Shown here piece by piece: positions 1-12,538 of a stretch of 58,284 nucleotides of DNA. Both the position numbers and the translations under genes were made by a program. How positions within the stretch are numbered: the first letter of the stretch is position 1; every line of letters starts with the position of its first letter. The DNA comes from Octopus bimaculoides (taxonomy: Eukaryota), in contig NC_068983.1 of assembly GCF_001194135.2 (NCBI RefSeq), positions 150,007,210 through 150,065,493 on the forward strand, in the 5' to 3' direction. Below the pieces are notes generated by a model. It did not search any database. It worked only from the letters and a program-made list of their open reading frames with translations, and was not told the DNA's origin.

Positions 1-35
1 GTCCCTAATATTATTATTATATATATATTTATATA

Positions 36-423
36 GGCGTAGGAGTGGCTGTGTGGTAAGTAGCTTGCTTACGAACCACATGGTTCCGGGTTCAGTCCCA
101 CTGCGTAGCACCTTGGGCAAGTGTCTTCTACTATAGCCTCGGGCCGACCAAAGACTTGTGAGTGGATTTGGTAGACGGAATCTGAAAGAAGCCCATCGTA
201 TATATGTATATATACATATATATGTGTGTGTATATGTTTGTGTGTTTGTCCCCCCAACATCGCTTGACAACCGATGCTGGTGTGTTTATGTCCCCGTAAC
301 TTAGCGGTTAGAATAAGTACTAAACTTACAAAGAATGGGTCATGGGGTCGATTTGCTCGACTAAAGGTGGTGCTCCAGCATGGCCACAGTCAAATGACTG
401 AAACAGGTAAAAGAGTAAAAGAA
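36..423 (+). mobile_element. tRNA-derived SINE, abundant octopus family with internal (TA/TG)n
   Basis: A box TGGCTGTGTGG, B box GGTTCAGTCC; same body at 11948, 41211 and 48821. Confidence 0.9.
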
Positions 424-443
424 TATATATATATATATATACA

Positions 444-810
444 CATCATCATCATTTAACGTCCGTTTTCCATGCTGGCATGGGTTGAATGGTTTGACAG
501 GAGCTGTCCCAGACTCCAATTGTTTGTTATGGCATGGTTTCTAAGGTCAGGTGCCCTTTTTAACACCAATACAGAGTGTGTTGGATGCTTCTTATGTGCC
601 ACCAGCATGGGTGCATTTATGCAGCACGAGTGTATTTTATGTAGCACTGGCACCTGTAAGGGACAAGCCTGTATGTATGGATGACAGCGATTTTACTTAG
701 CTTGATGTGTCTTAAGTACAGCAAATCACCACAACTGGTCCCTTGTCATTGCCTCAGTGAGGCCCAGCGTCTGAAGATCTTTCATCACTACTTCATCCCA
801 TGTCTTCCTG
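444..810 (-). mobile_element. RTE-LINE-related 3' end, degenerate
   Basis: (CAT)n tail followed by ttaacgtccgttttccatgctggcatggg, shared with many copies in the window. Confidence 0.75.
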
Positions 811-2114
811 GGTGCTGGACTGTTACTGTGAATTCAAATCCACTGTAAGCAATTTATTATCTCTATACAAGTCACTTTATTCTAAATGTCTTTATTTACT
901 CAGTAGTTGTAAATAATAAAGAGAACTTGTAATAGTTGTTACTTGAACAAGTCAAAGAAGTATCAAGCTCTCGGCCAAAGGACTCTTGTATACATTATCT
1001 CATCAATGTGGTGCTTTCTGTATCCATCTTGTAAATAGTTACCACAGGTTAAGTAGCAGGTCTCAGATAATTCATAGATGTTTCTCTACATTACCGCACT
1101 CAATTTAAAGCTTCTTTAGAGTACAGAATTCTCATGAAATTTTAAAAAAATATTTGTGTTGTGAATAAATCCATCTTAGAATTTAGAGAAAATAAACTTA
1201 TGAGATGCAAATATTTAACTGAAAGTATAAATTTGCAAAGAGAAGCACAGGGAGCTCTATTAATTGTGTGTATATTATTTATAATGTGCATACAAATATG
1301 AAATGTATATGTTACAAATATAGGGCACTCAGAAAGCTGGTGGATTGCCAGACACTGTTTCTGACCTAATTTAGTCTCCTCAGTGACAAATATTCTGGGT
1401 GTTCTGAGTGAAGCCAACAATACTTCTTTCAATATAGAAGTTAAGATATAACACATTTAGTGATTTGTGCAAAAGCCAGTGAGACTAGAATTAAATTGAT
1501 ACAAAACTGTATCTAATGATCCAGTGGCATTCTGAGCAAAGCTTGGTCTTTTTAACACACAAATTTCATATGAAAAGTTTCTCTGAGACAAAATATGACA
1601 GATAGTGTCTTCCACATTATAAATGCTACATGCACTTGTGTTTTAATATAAGGCTTTTTCAAGTGTATATATTAATTTGATAACTTCATGGCTTCAAATC
1701 TTGATACCAACACTGCATTGTGACTATGGCAAATTCTCTTGCTTTTTGAGTGGCTCAGTCCACTTGGTTGTAAATATATGAGCTTTGAATGAGCAAGAGC
1801 TATGATAAAAGACATTTCACTATGACCATTCCATTTTATTTTGATACATTGTATTGAGGACTACATTGTATGACATGTCCTTTTATTTAAAAAAAATTGT
1901 AAGGTATGATGATTTAAGGGGGACAGCACGTGTCCCAGTGTTTGGATTCACAAATGTTTAGTTGCAGGTTCAACTCTTGGACTAAGTTTTGTGTCTTTGG
2001 GCAAAGCACTTCATTTCACATTGCTCCACTACACTCAGCTGAAAATGAGTACCAGTGACTGGCACTAGGGTTAACGGAGCAACGGACTGGCATCCTGTTC
2101 AAGGGTAGTCATGT

Positions 2115-2496
2115 TGTTGGCACTCCATCGCTTACAACATCGAGGGTTCCAGTTGATCCGATCAATGGAACAGCTTGTTCGTGAAATTAACGTGCAAGTG
2201 GCTGAGCACTCCACAGACACGTGTACCCTTAACGTAGTTCTCGGGGATATTCAGCGTGACACAGTGTGACAAGGCTGACCCTTTGAATTACAGGCACAAC
2301 AGGAACAGGAAGTAAGAGTGAGAGAAAGTTGTGGTGATAGAGTATAGCAGGGTTTGCCACCATCCCCTGTCGGAGCCTCGTGGAGCTTTAGGTGTTTTCG
2401 CTCAATAAACACTCACAACGCCCAGTCTGGGAATCGAAACTGCGATCCTATGACCTCGAGTCCGCTGCCCTAACCACTGGGCCATTGCGCCTCCAC
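2115..2496 (-). mobile_element. Young tRNA-derived SINE (OR-like) with 11-bp TSD
   Basis: Minus head gtggaggcgcaatggcccagtggttagggcagcggactc...gtttcgattccc; TSD ggtagtcatgt at 2104-2114 and 2497-2507; close copy at 21436-21801. Confidence 0.92.
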
Positions 2497-5286
2497 GGTA
2501 GTCATGTACTCTCAGCTTAAAGGACTTGAACATCTGGACAAGCTCTAGCCTCATGAATGGGGTGAAGGAGAGTTTGACAGGTTGAACAACCATAGAAACT
2601 TTCTCATTGGTTTTAGCTGTAAGTAGGTAACACAAGAAGAAACATTTCACTGCTGCAATTAATAGGAACAGTGTCTGATTAATGGTTGACACATTATTAC
2701 CTTACAGTAATTGGTTAAACTACACTAGTAAGACATAAGTTGCAGAGAAATGAGCTTCTCAAGGCTCACTCTAGATATATATTCCACGAAGAAAATGTTT
2801 TGAAGTTGTATTCATCTCAAATGACTCAATAAGTAACTCCCATCTCTTATTCATGAATGGCAAGCAGTGTAGTATGGAATTACTTTCTCAATGAACTGAG
2901 CTAGCTATATAATAAATATTGTATATTTAATCATGTTAAGAATCACAAGTGGTTCAGGTGATAAGGTGCTAGACGACCAGTTAAAATGTAAACAGTTAAT
3001 GTCCACTGAATTTCCAATACTACTTAACCTATTTGTGATATGAAGAGATACAAATCACTACTGTAAGCGATAGAGGTAAGTGAAGGGCTAGCTTATATTC
3101 CACCATCAGTGTTACCTCATTGATTCAGTACATTTAGCTGTAAAGTAGCACCATGAAGTACAGTTTCCTCTTATTGCTCTCTAGTGGCTCTTACTATGTA
3201 CAGTGACAACTGGTGCTAAGGACAGGAGACTGCAATATAAAATCACTTCAGCATATATTCTTTCTTGAGTTTTCTACACAACAACAGCCTTCATGAGTGT
3301 TCCAATACGCAAATGGTTTTCACATTCATTCACTGAAACCAAATTGCTGTGGCCACCATACTGAAGTTGCACACATTAAAAAGAAAAAAAAAAACACTTT
3401 GCTGTGGAGCATCAGAATGCTATAAATCAAACAAGGGTGACAATGGTTTTAGTTTTGTTTTTTAAAACAAGATTAATAACCACTTACTGCTTTAATATGA
3501 TCTATAGTGAAATGGTTGTTGCTTAGTATCAAGTCAGCTGATCGTGTAGACATAGCAGACATTCCACCTGTGATCATCCAAGCTTTTCTGTATACTCACA
3601 ATTACATTGTCCAATGTCTCCTTCTCTACTTATGACAGTAAGGTGTGTTTGATGAAGATTTGGTTACGATTTTTTAGCTAGCCAAACAACCCCTACAGAG
3701 GCTCCTTCATTAGCTTGTTTATGTTAGAGTAACAATATTTTAGTTGAGACAGTTAACATGATTCACTCTTAATGTCTTCATATTCAGAAAAACAACAGAA
3801 GCAAACTGTTTTTCTTTCATAAAAGCTCACTATAGCCCCCCCCCCCAAGCTCTAAGACCCATCAAGGCAAGTAAAATCAGTTGTGGCAGACACTGGTGTC
3901 ATGCAAATGGCACCCATGCCAGTGGCATGTAAAAGCACCCATTACACTCTCAGAGTGGTTGGCATTAGGAAAGGCATCCAGCCGTAGAAACCATGCCAAC
4001 GGATGCTAAATGATGAATGGAAGCTATTTATTGTGATCAATGTGAAATGGAGTAGGCTGATGGTAACATTATGGTTATAATAAACAGTTTGCACTGCATG
4101 TAAGGAATGCATCATGATGTTATGTCACATGTAAGATAAACTCTGGTGAGGTTTGATGAAAGTATGTTGTAGTTCAAATTTAAGTTGGCCCTGAATGCAT
4201 AAATCTATATTCAAAGGTGTTCCAGCCGTGATTAATCTGATTTTCAGACAGTGTATTTAAGACTTACAATAGTCAGTAATCTGCATTTTTTTTCTTTTCT
4301 CCTAAAGACTAAATGGGATTGGCAGTTTTTTTCCAGTGGATTGAGTGACTATATAGAAGTTGACTTGTTTATATGGATGTGATTTGGCATTGCTATCAAG
4401 CATTTCTGACACACCACCATCCAATATTGTTTACACTTAAGTATCTGACATGTATTGCTAATAAAATCATCATCTTTCTTACTCTTAACCATCCCTTTTC
4501 TCAAAGTTGGAGAGAAGCTCTGTTCAATGCCACAGACAAAACCCTCTTTACTTTCCACAACCCCTGACAGAAATGAATCTCATAAAACAACTAAGGTTCC
4601 CTGATCACATTATACAAATATATTCATCTTTTCAGTTTCCACCAAGAGGAATATGTTAAGGTTAAAGAACTGATGCATCCCAGGAAGAACACAAAGGCGG
4701 TTCACCGTCAGCCAAATGAAGTAAGCTACTGGGGGGATTTGTAAGATCTCACTGGGCTTGGAATCACTGGTGCAACATAGGAGGGCCATACATTCTATCA
4801 CTGAAGCCACATAGAAAGCTATGACATGGCTCTGAATAAAGAGAGCAAGCCCATAATGTTTGTTATAGCTGGGCTGCAAGCCAGGACCTGATCAGTCTCA
4901 GCATGAACAGCTGGGAAAGGGGTCTGGTGGTGAATAGTTCAAAATGCCCTTGTGACTTCAGGAATATTATTATTAGTGCATCTCAAATCATAGAATCAAA
5001 ATATTTTACAGTATTAAATCTACATGTCCACCAGTTTAATCTCCAGTTGCTATCAAATGTCATACTCTTGCATATGTACATAGCACAAGGCTAAATTTTA
5101 ATAAGTAACCTGATACATTTGGTTGAAAAAAATTATAGTCTTGCTTTTGCCTGTGTTTACAACTATTAACACATATTTTGGTTGTTAATAACTGAAGTTG
5201 AGTTTATCTGTCACTATTCACTCTGTGTGGTGCCTGAAACCACAACAAAAAGTTCACAATGTTATCTTAATAGAATGTAATGATGA

Positions 5287-5591
5287 TCATCCATTTAATG
5301 TCCATTTTCCATGCTAGCATGGGCTGGACAGTCTGGAGAGCCAGAAGGCTGCACCAGGCTCCAATCTGATCTGGCAATGTTTCTACAGCTTGATGCTCTT
5401 CTTAATGCCAACCACTCCAAGAATGTAGTGAGTGCTTTTTACATGCCACTGGCACAGGAGCCAGTCAGGCAGGCTTGGCATTGATCACGTTCGAATAGTG
5501 CTTTTTACATGCCACTGGCAAGCCAGTCAGGGGGTACTGGCATCGGCCATTATTTGGATGGTGCTTTTTACGTGCCACTGGCACAGGAGCC
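5287..5591 (-). mobile_element. RTE-related 3' element with ~55-60 bp tandem units
   Basis: ccatgctagcatgg palindrome; three gtgcttttt(a)c(a/g)tgccactggca units. Confidence 0.8.
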
Positions 5592-5679
5592 ATGTTTGCA
5601 AAAAAAATTTCTGTAGCAAGAATATAGTTTACTACCATTTAAATGTACAACTTTATCATATAAATTAATGTTAAGGTGT

Positions 5680-6020
5680 ATCATCATCATCATCATCATC
5701 ATCGTTTAACGTCCGCTTTCCATGCTAGCATGGGTTGGACGATTTGACTGAGGACTGGTGAAACCGGATGGCAACACCAGGCTCCAATCTGATTTGGCAG
5801 AGTTTCTACAGCTGGATGCCCTTCCTAATGCCAACCACTCAGAGAGTGTAGTGGGTGCTTTTACGTGTCACCCGCACGAAAACGGCCACGCTCGAAATGG
5901 TGTCTTTTATGTGCCACCCGCACAAGCCAGTCCAGGGGCACTGGCAACGATCTCGCTCGAAAATCCTACAGGAGCCAGTCAGGCGGTACTGGCAACGGCC
6001 ACGCTCAAAATGGTACTGCA
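5680..6020 (-). mobile_element. Young RTE-related 3' element
   Basis: (CAT)n tail, ccatgctagcatgg; nearly the exact reverse complement of 32778-33046. Confidence 0.88.
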
Positions 6021-7349
6021 ATGTAATATTCATGATTAAAAACGCTGGTCATTTGGTGCACAGGGACATTTGATAAAAGTCCTATATGTTGGGAGAGAAT
6101 GTCTGGCAATATTTAGAAGATCCATGTGGCTTCCTAGCTATCTTGATTTGAACTCCCTGGACAGCTACATACAGGGTATCAATGAAGTAGGACTAATTGG
6201 TAGCCTCATAGTACCAAAAACTTGTTGGGGATGCTGTCACAGGCATGGGCACCTGATCGTGGCCTTAATTCAGCCCAATGGAAGTTTTGAGGAATGATCT
6301 GTTTCTTGAACATTTCTAGCTAAATGTAAGTGGAAGCATTGTTTGCGATTTGGTTTGAAATCTGTCTTTCTTCTCAGTTACCTTGACATCCTGTAGATGT
6401 GAAGGGTAACTGTTACATTTTATAAGAAAACACCAGTAATTCTGATCAACCTTTTACACAACCATGCCTGTGTTCAAGCAGTTGACTGTGAACACCAGTG
6501 CTTAGGATATTTATCCTTATATAATTATAAATGAACCTTGCATTGGTTCTGACATTGAGTATTTGAGTCATTCAACAGAATTACCTCCACACTGAATATG
6601 GTAGACACTTAAATCCTTAATGCAATCTATAGAAGCAATGTGATATTGCTGCTGGCCTTTAAATTACAGCTGCAGTTCATCTGATAAGCTTCTGCATAAG
6701 TTTGTCTACCCAATTTCACTCACAAGGATTGGGTTGTGTCAGGCTAATGTAGAAGACATTTATCTGAGGCATCACAGAAACTAATCCAGTCAGAAAATTG
6801 GATAGTTTGCATGTCATTATTAACACTAATCTGAGTAGGTTAATTCACCAAAATGTAAGTAGTTACTTCAAGGAATAACTGCTCTAAGTAGTGGTAGCAT
6901 TGTAAAATTGACGAAGATTTTATTTGATTGCAGTGATGAGATTAAAGCTTCTCTTGAGTATAGTTTAGTGGAGGAATCATGTCTGCCAGATAACTTATTC
7001 TAAACAGATGAGTAGTTCAGTGGTACTTTTATAACCCAATGAATATGTTTGCTACCACAGCCAACAACAATACTACACATGCACGCAGAGAACATTATAG
7101 ATGAAGATATATTTTGGTGGGGAGCAACCAAAGTGAGAAGTCAAGTCACAAATATGAATCAATAAGGTTTAATGCATTGAAATAATAAATAATCAAGGGA
7201 AATATTTTTTTTTTAAATGTTGTAGTCATACTGACAGGCAGAGAACTGATGATGATGATGATGGTGATGGTGATGATGACAACAACAAACATGTAAGGGT
7301 GGTAGAGATTGAGTAGATGATTCAGGTTAATTAATACAGTTCAGGTCAG

Positions 7350-10300
7350 ATAACTGTTAAATTCTCAAAATAGAGTTTTATTTTCTTCTTTTTTCATTTT
7401 ACATATTTTCAGCAGAAATTAAAAAAAACACAAGGAAAGGAAAGAAAAAAAAACAACAAACACAAACATTAACAATCTTATTACAGTTTCATATGATATG
7501 AAGTATAGAAAATAAAGGTTCTTCTATCATAACATGAAAATTTACTGATTTCAATTGCCACAGAATAAATTCATTAACAAGATTGTGGTTTAGCATGGTG
7601 ATATAATAAAGGAGATTAAATTTACATAGTAGTAGCTTAAATACTGTTCATAAATGACCAAACACGTTTTAGTCTTCCTGTAATTTCACGTCAAAAGCTG
7701 AAACCCTTTTTAAAATGAAAGGGGCAGAGGGGAAGAAAGCAACAAAACCCAATTTAAACAAGAGAGGCTGTTCCGAGTTTTAAATAAATGTGGATATGTT
7801 TAGGTGGAGGGGGGATGATTGTTTATACACAAAATCGTACCCAACCCCAACCTTCCAGTGAAAAAATCTTCTAGAAAAGTTTAAGACAAACTTATAACTA
7901 AATATAGGGAAGCTGAATGAATTTAGTGGAACAAAGAAGTATAAACTCAATGCCAGTAGGTCTTCACTAAACCACAAATAAACAATACTACTACTAATAA
8001 TAATGTGTGTGTGTGTGTGTGTATGTATATATTCATATATATATATATACATATATACATACATATGTAGCAATCAGATATATACATGGATAAAAAGACC
8101 CTCTAAAGGATTTTGTACTGTCATGCTATCACTTTAATACACTTGTGCATACATTCATATCAGAGCTGAAGTACGGTACCAGCTTTAAGAGCACTTACTG
8201 CTCTTGGAAACAAACAATTCATACACACACATACATACTGGATTTTATACACACACACACACACACATATAAACACTATACTCACAAACTCCCATTCAAT
8301 TTGAACATGAGGTGATGGTAGGATGAATTTACATTCATAATTTACACAACACTATAAACTAACTTGTGTACCAAAGATTATATATATATATATATATATA
8401 TNNNNNNNNNNNNNNNNNNNNNNNNNNNNNNNNNNNNNNNNNATATATATAAGAAACAATAACAAAAAAATCTCACTAACATAACAATAACTTAGCAAAG
8501 TCATCTGTGCAATGCAAAGTGTTAATAATTAATATAACGCTGCTTTCAGCCTCACATTGACCAAGTCACTAGATTAATAGGCTACATACACCTGCAAAGT
8601 TGGGTAAGCCTTGTAAAGAATATGGCAGCATATTGCAATATGAAGTAGCATCTGCATAAAAAAAGGACCAAAAAAAAACGTAAAACAAAAAAAAAAAAAT
8701 CCCAGCCGAACACCCCTCCCTATAAAAGTATTTTATAATTGTTGGTGATATTTAGAAAATACACTGTTTTATAAAATAATGATTTCTTTTGACCAAGCAC
8801 AAAGTCCAGTATATTAGAGGGAGGGTGCATAGACAAGTGAATCAAATCCAATGTGTCACTGGTACTTATTTTAATGAACTGCGGAAGGATTTAAGACCTC
8901 AGAGATATTAAACTCTCTTTGATAGAAACATCAAAGTTCATTAAATGTCAAAACTGAGTTATTGATAACATTTATAACTGTTTGGACTATTAACATTATC
9001 TTTCAATGTTTACATCTACACTACACTTTGATTCATTTGATCTCTGATCAAATACGCAATATAGGTGTAAATATTGAAAAATAGTTTTGTTTCCAAAGAT
9101 GAAAAAGTGTAAATCTTACCAAACATGCAGTCGAGTTACTGCTACGTCCATTTAAGAAGAGAAGTGGAAGAAAAGAGATATTGATTCCTGAGACACAAAG
9201 CCACTAGTCATTTACTGAAAATGAGATTGTGTGATGTCCATGCCTTTCTCAACAGTGAACAATAGGGGGCATAAATGAAGAAGGCCCTCAGCCATCAATT
9301 GAAACTGGGTTACTAATCTGAATCATCAGGAGCTTATCTCTTGTTTGTCATTTACAAACAAAAAAAAAAAAAAGAAAGAAAGAAAAAATACTACTGTTTA
9401 TGTTGTTGCTTAAAATTTCCAACATAACTAAATGCACATGTTAAAAGTCAACTAAATATGTACCAGTCAAGTACTATTTAGTATGTGTGAGCAGGTGTGA
9501 CAATGTACATGTGCCAATGATTTAATTAGCATGTAAAAAAAAAATGTAATTATATTAAACTATATATTAAATTGCCAACAACTAACAAAAGTTACAAAAA
9601 TCAAGGATTTTACCAATAAGGCAAAATATAGAGTGAAAGTCTAATTTATATAAAGAAAAAAAAAAGGAGAAGTGAGACACAGTACTGGGGATGACTTCTT
9701 TTTAGATTCTATCAATTGGAGATTAAAAAAAAAATTTAATTCATATTTTAATATGAAATACTTTGAATAATAAACACTGAAATATAATGAGCCATGTCTT
9801 TTTATCTTAATCTGTTATATAAAATGCTGTAAACAAAAAAAAATTAAATACTATGAGAGAAATACAGGCAGACAGACAGACACAGAGAGAAAGAGAGAGA
9901 CACACACACACAGGAAAAGCAGTTTAAATACATATTTTATTCAGATTAAAATCTTTTTCCAGACTGGATAAAGGTTGCCAATCAAACTAAAGAGAAGGAG
10001 AAGTTATAGTAGAAAGAGAAAGAAGAGAGATAGAGATAGAAAGAGAGAGAGAGAGAGAGAAGAAAAAATTCTCAAAAAAAGTTTTCAAATATTTATGCAA
10101 ATAATTTTTTTTTCTTTCTTTCCCCAATCAACAGTTTTTGATTGCTATTTCGTGTGTTCATGTATGCAAGCATGTGTGTTTATATAGTTATATATATATA
10201 TATATGTGTGTGTTTGTATGTGTTTTACTGTCTTGTTTGTAATTACTATGCAACGTAGAGAGGAGCAGATGACGGAGAGAGATAGAGAGAGAGGCCATTG

Positions 10301-10636
10301 ACAGGAATAAGATGACTGTCAGTTCTAGGAGCATTCAGCTCAGGCCTTACAAGACACCCAAGAAATAAATTACAGCGGCTGTGCCCAAGACATAGATCTC
10401 CACAGGCTATGTACAAGAAGCTGTACAATTTTGGCACTACAGTCCTCTAGTGTTTTCCTTTAATTTTATTCCTTTATATTTTTTAAATTTTAAGTTTTTC
10501 TCTTTTTTTTAAATTTTAGTTATCATTATTATTTTTATTTTTTCACACAGTTTTAACAGTGGTCTCCTCCCCCAATCCCTCCCCAAAACACAAGAAACTT
10601 AAACCACATTGTTGCTAAGGTCCAGTGATCAAGCTG
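7350..10636 (-). other. Candidate long 3' UTR of the B56 gene
   Basis: Repeat-poor AU-rich stretch after the stop; minus-strand AATAAA at 10534-10539, 10465-10470, 9936-9941 and 7377-7382. The true 3' end is unknown. Confidence 0.4.
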
Positions 10637-10736
10637 TTAAGATGGAGTCTTGTTGATGAATCTAGTCTTGTTGTTAACTTCAAGCTTTTCAAGTTCTCTC
10701 CACAGTTCTTCTCTGTCCTTCTCTCTTTTTTTCTCC
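10637..10736 (-). CDS. PPP2R5E: B56 terminal coding exon (R)EKKREKDREELWRELEKLEVNNKTRFINKTPS*
   Basis: Long U-rich tract then ...cgtgaag|G GAG AAA; completes the phase-2 codon; TAA at 10639-10637; matches EKK.EK.REELW..LE.L. Confidence 0.93.
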
Positions 10737-11049
10737 CTTCACGTTGAGAATTTCCAAAAAAAGAGAATAAAAACAAAACAAAAAAAATTATAAAAACAAA
10801 AATAAACAAAACAATTTCATTTGAAAGACATACAAAAGTTGATATTTTACACATTACACGCATATTTCCAACTGTTCAGAGGGTTCCCTACAAGTAGTTG
10901 ATAGCTTCCATTCTCCAGATGACTGATTTGCCACTGGAGGAGGAGAATGTTCCAGAAGCACATAGAGCAAGAACAAACAGCATAAGTTTGGGGAGCTTTT
11001 ACTTGTGCTTGCAACAAAGGGATTTTCTCACCAAGTAAGGAGTAGATTG

Positions 11050-11390
11050 TTTGACACTCGTGAATAAAGTGCAACGTTGCATGTTAGAGAAACATAGGCA
11101 CTGAATTTGGAAAGAAATGAAGTGAGCATGCTACATTGGGTGTGTAATGTTAGAATACATGGATGAGCTAAGTATAAGAGGAACCAATAGTAGTGTGCCA
11201 GAGAAGACTGAACTGATACAGACATGTGATGTGGATAGATGATAGACAGGTAAAGAAGTACCATCTGTGAGTGAATGAAGGTCAAGGAAGATATGAGATG
11301 TGTGGAAGGCTGAGTTTTATAAAGGAAATAATAAAAGTCTGCAACAAGTGATGAGACTATGTTCATAAAGACCTAACCAGCTTATGCAGG
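11050..11390 (+). mobile_element. Degenerate RTE LINE RT C-terminal fragment
   Basis: Translates to ERNEVSMLHWVCNVR, similar to RTE RT C-terminal segments; broken by stops and frameshifts. Confidence 0.65.
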
Positions 11391-11947
11391 CATAACAAAA
11401 AAAAAAAAAAGAAGAAAGATGAGCATAGTGTCTGTGTATCCATGTTAACAAACTGGAAAAATAAGTACGTAACATTGGAAAGTGAAAAGGTGGATAAACA
11501 ATTCATTTTAATAGAATTTTTGTTGCTTCTCTGGTACCAAAGGGAAAGATCAGTATTTTCTCAACCAGAATTTGAAATATGAATGGTACTTCACAATTAA
11601 AGCTGACAAAAGTAACATATTACCCCCCCCCCACACACATTTTTGGAGCAAAATATGTATACCTAGTTGTTATTCTGAATTTTCTGTTACTGTTATGTTC
11701 CTCACAGAAATCCCTTTGAGGCATGTTATAGTAACAGAAACTTAGGACATAGAGAGCCAACTACCTTGAATATATGAATTAACATGACTGCATGAATTTA
11801 GAGAAAGAATTTAAATACTGGTTTGTAGGTGAAATCTGATATACTGGGTCCACCTACAAAGAAGCCTGACAGCTAAGATGATATTCGAAAAACATCCAGC
11901 ATGGAATATTCACTATACACACAAAGCGCCAATCTCCAAGTGTGTGT

Positions 11948-12538
11948 TCTTTTACTTGTTTGTCCTTTGACTGTGGTCATGCTGAAGCACCGCCTTTAGT
12001 CGAGCAGGACTTATTCTTTGTAAGCCTAGTTTTGATTCTATTGGTCTCTTTAGCCGAACTGCTAAGTTACAGGGATGTAAACACACCAACATCGGTGTCA
12101 AGTGATGATGGGGACACACAGATACATAAATATCCGTCAAATGTAAATACATATATACTATGATTGACCGTTGACTGAACACTATTCAATTTTTTTTCTC
12201 CGTGTTTTTCTCCTTGTCTCCGTATTCTTTCTGTTGAAGAGCGTAGCTCGAAACGTCAAAGACTTTCCGTATTCCCGAGCGTCATACTAATACATCCTTT
12301 TGTTATTTACACCACCTGTCCTCGTCTGTTGTTGTTTTTTCGTACATTCTCCCATATATATATATATATATATATATATACGATGGGCTTCTTTCAGTTT
12401 CTCACTACCAAATCCACTCACAAGGCTTTTGGTCGGCCCGAGGCTATAGTAGAAGACACTTGCCCAAGGTACCACACAATGAGTTTGAGCCCGGAATCAT
12501 GTGGTTGGGAAGCAAGCTTCTTACCACTCCTGCTCCTG
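11948..12538 (-). mobile_element. SINE (same family as 36-423) interrupted by a Penelope-like module at ~12181-12352
   Basis: SINE tail 11948-12125 and head 12381-12538 flank an unrelated block next to (TA)n. Confidence 0.85.
12226..12262 (+). ncRNA. Minimal type I hammerhead ribozyme motif, Penelope-like (A6U variant)
   Basis: TCTTT-CTGTTGA-A-GAGC(GTA)GCTC-GAAA-C-GTC-AAAGA: 5-bp stem I, 4-bp stem II, palindromic ACGT stem III, GUC cleavage triplet. Confidence 0.65.

Noticed and set aside
2440-2496. tRNA genes (also heads at 36, 16161 and 41211)
   Set aside because: These are tRNA-like heads of SINEs with bodies, tails and TSDs, not complete cloverleafs.
5430-6010. CRISPR-like repeat array
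   Set aside because: Diverged tandem units of an RTE 3' region without unique spacers, in a eukaryotic context.
10613-10639. Stop-codon read-through extension
   Set aside because: TAA-CAG is not a leaky context and the extension would be only 7 codons.
10615-10863. ORF-track frame RKKERRTEK...LITGP as an alternative C-terminus via a GAG acceptor 4 nt downstream
   Set aside because: GAG acceptors are rarely used, and the other frame is the one homologous to B56.
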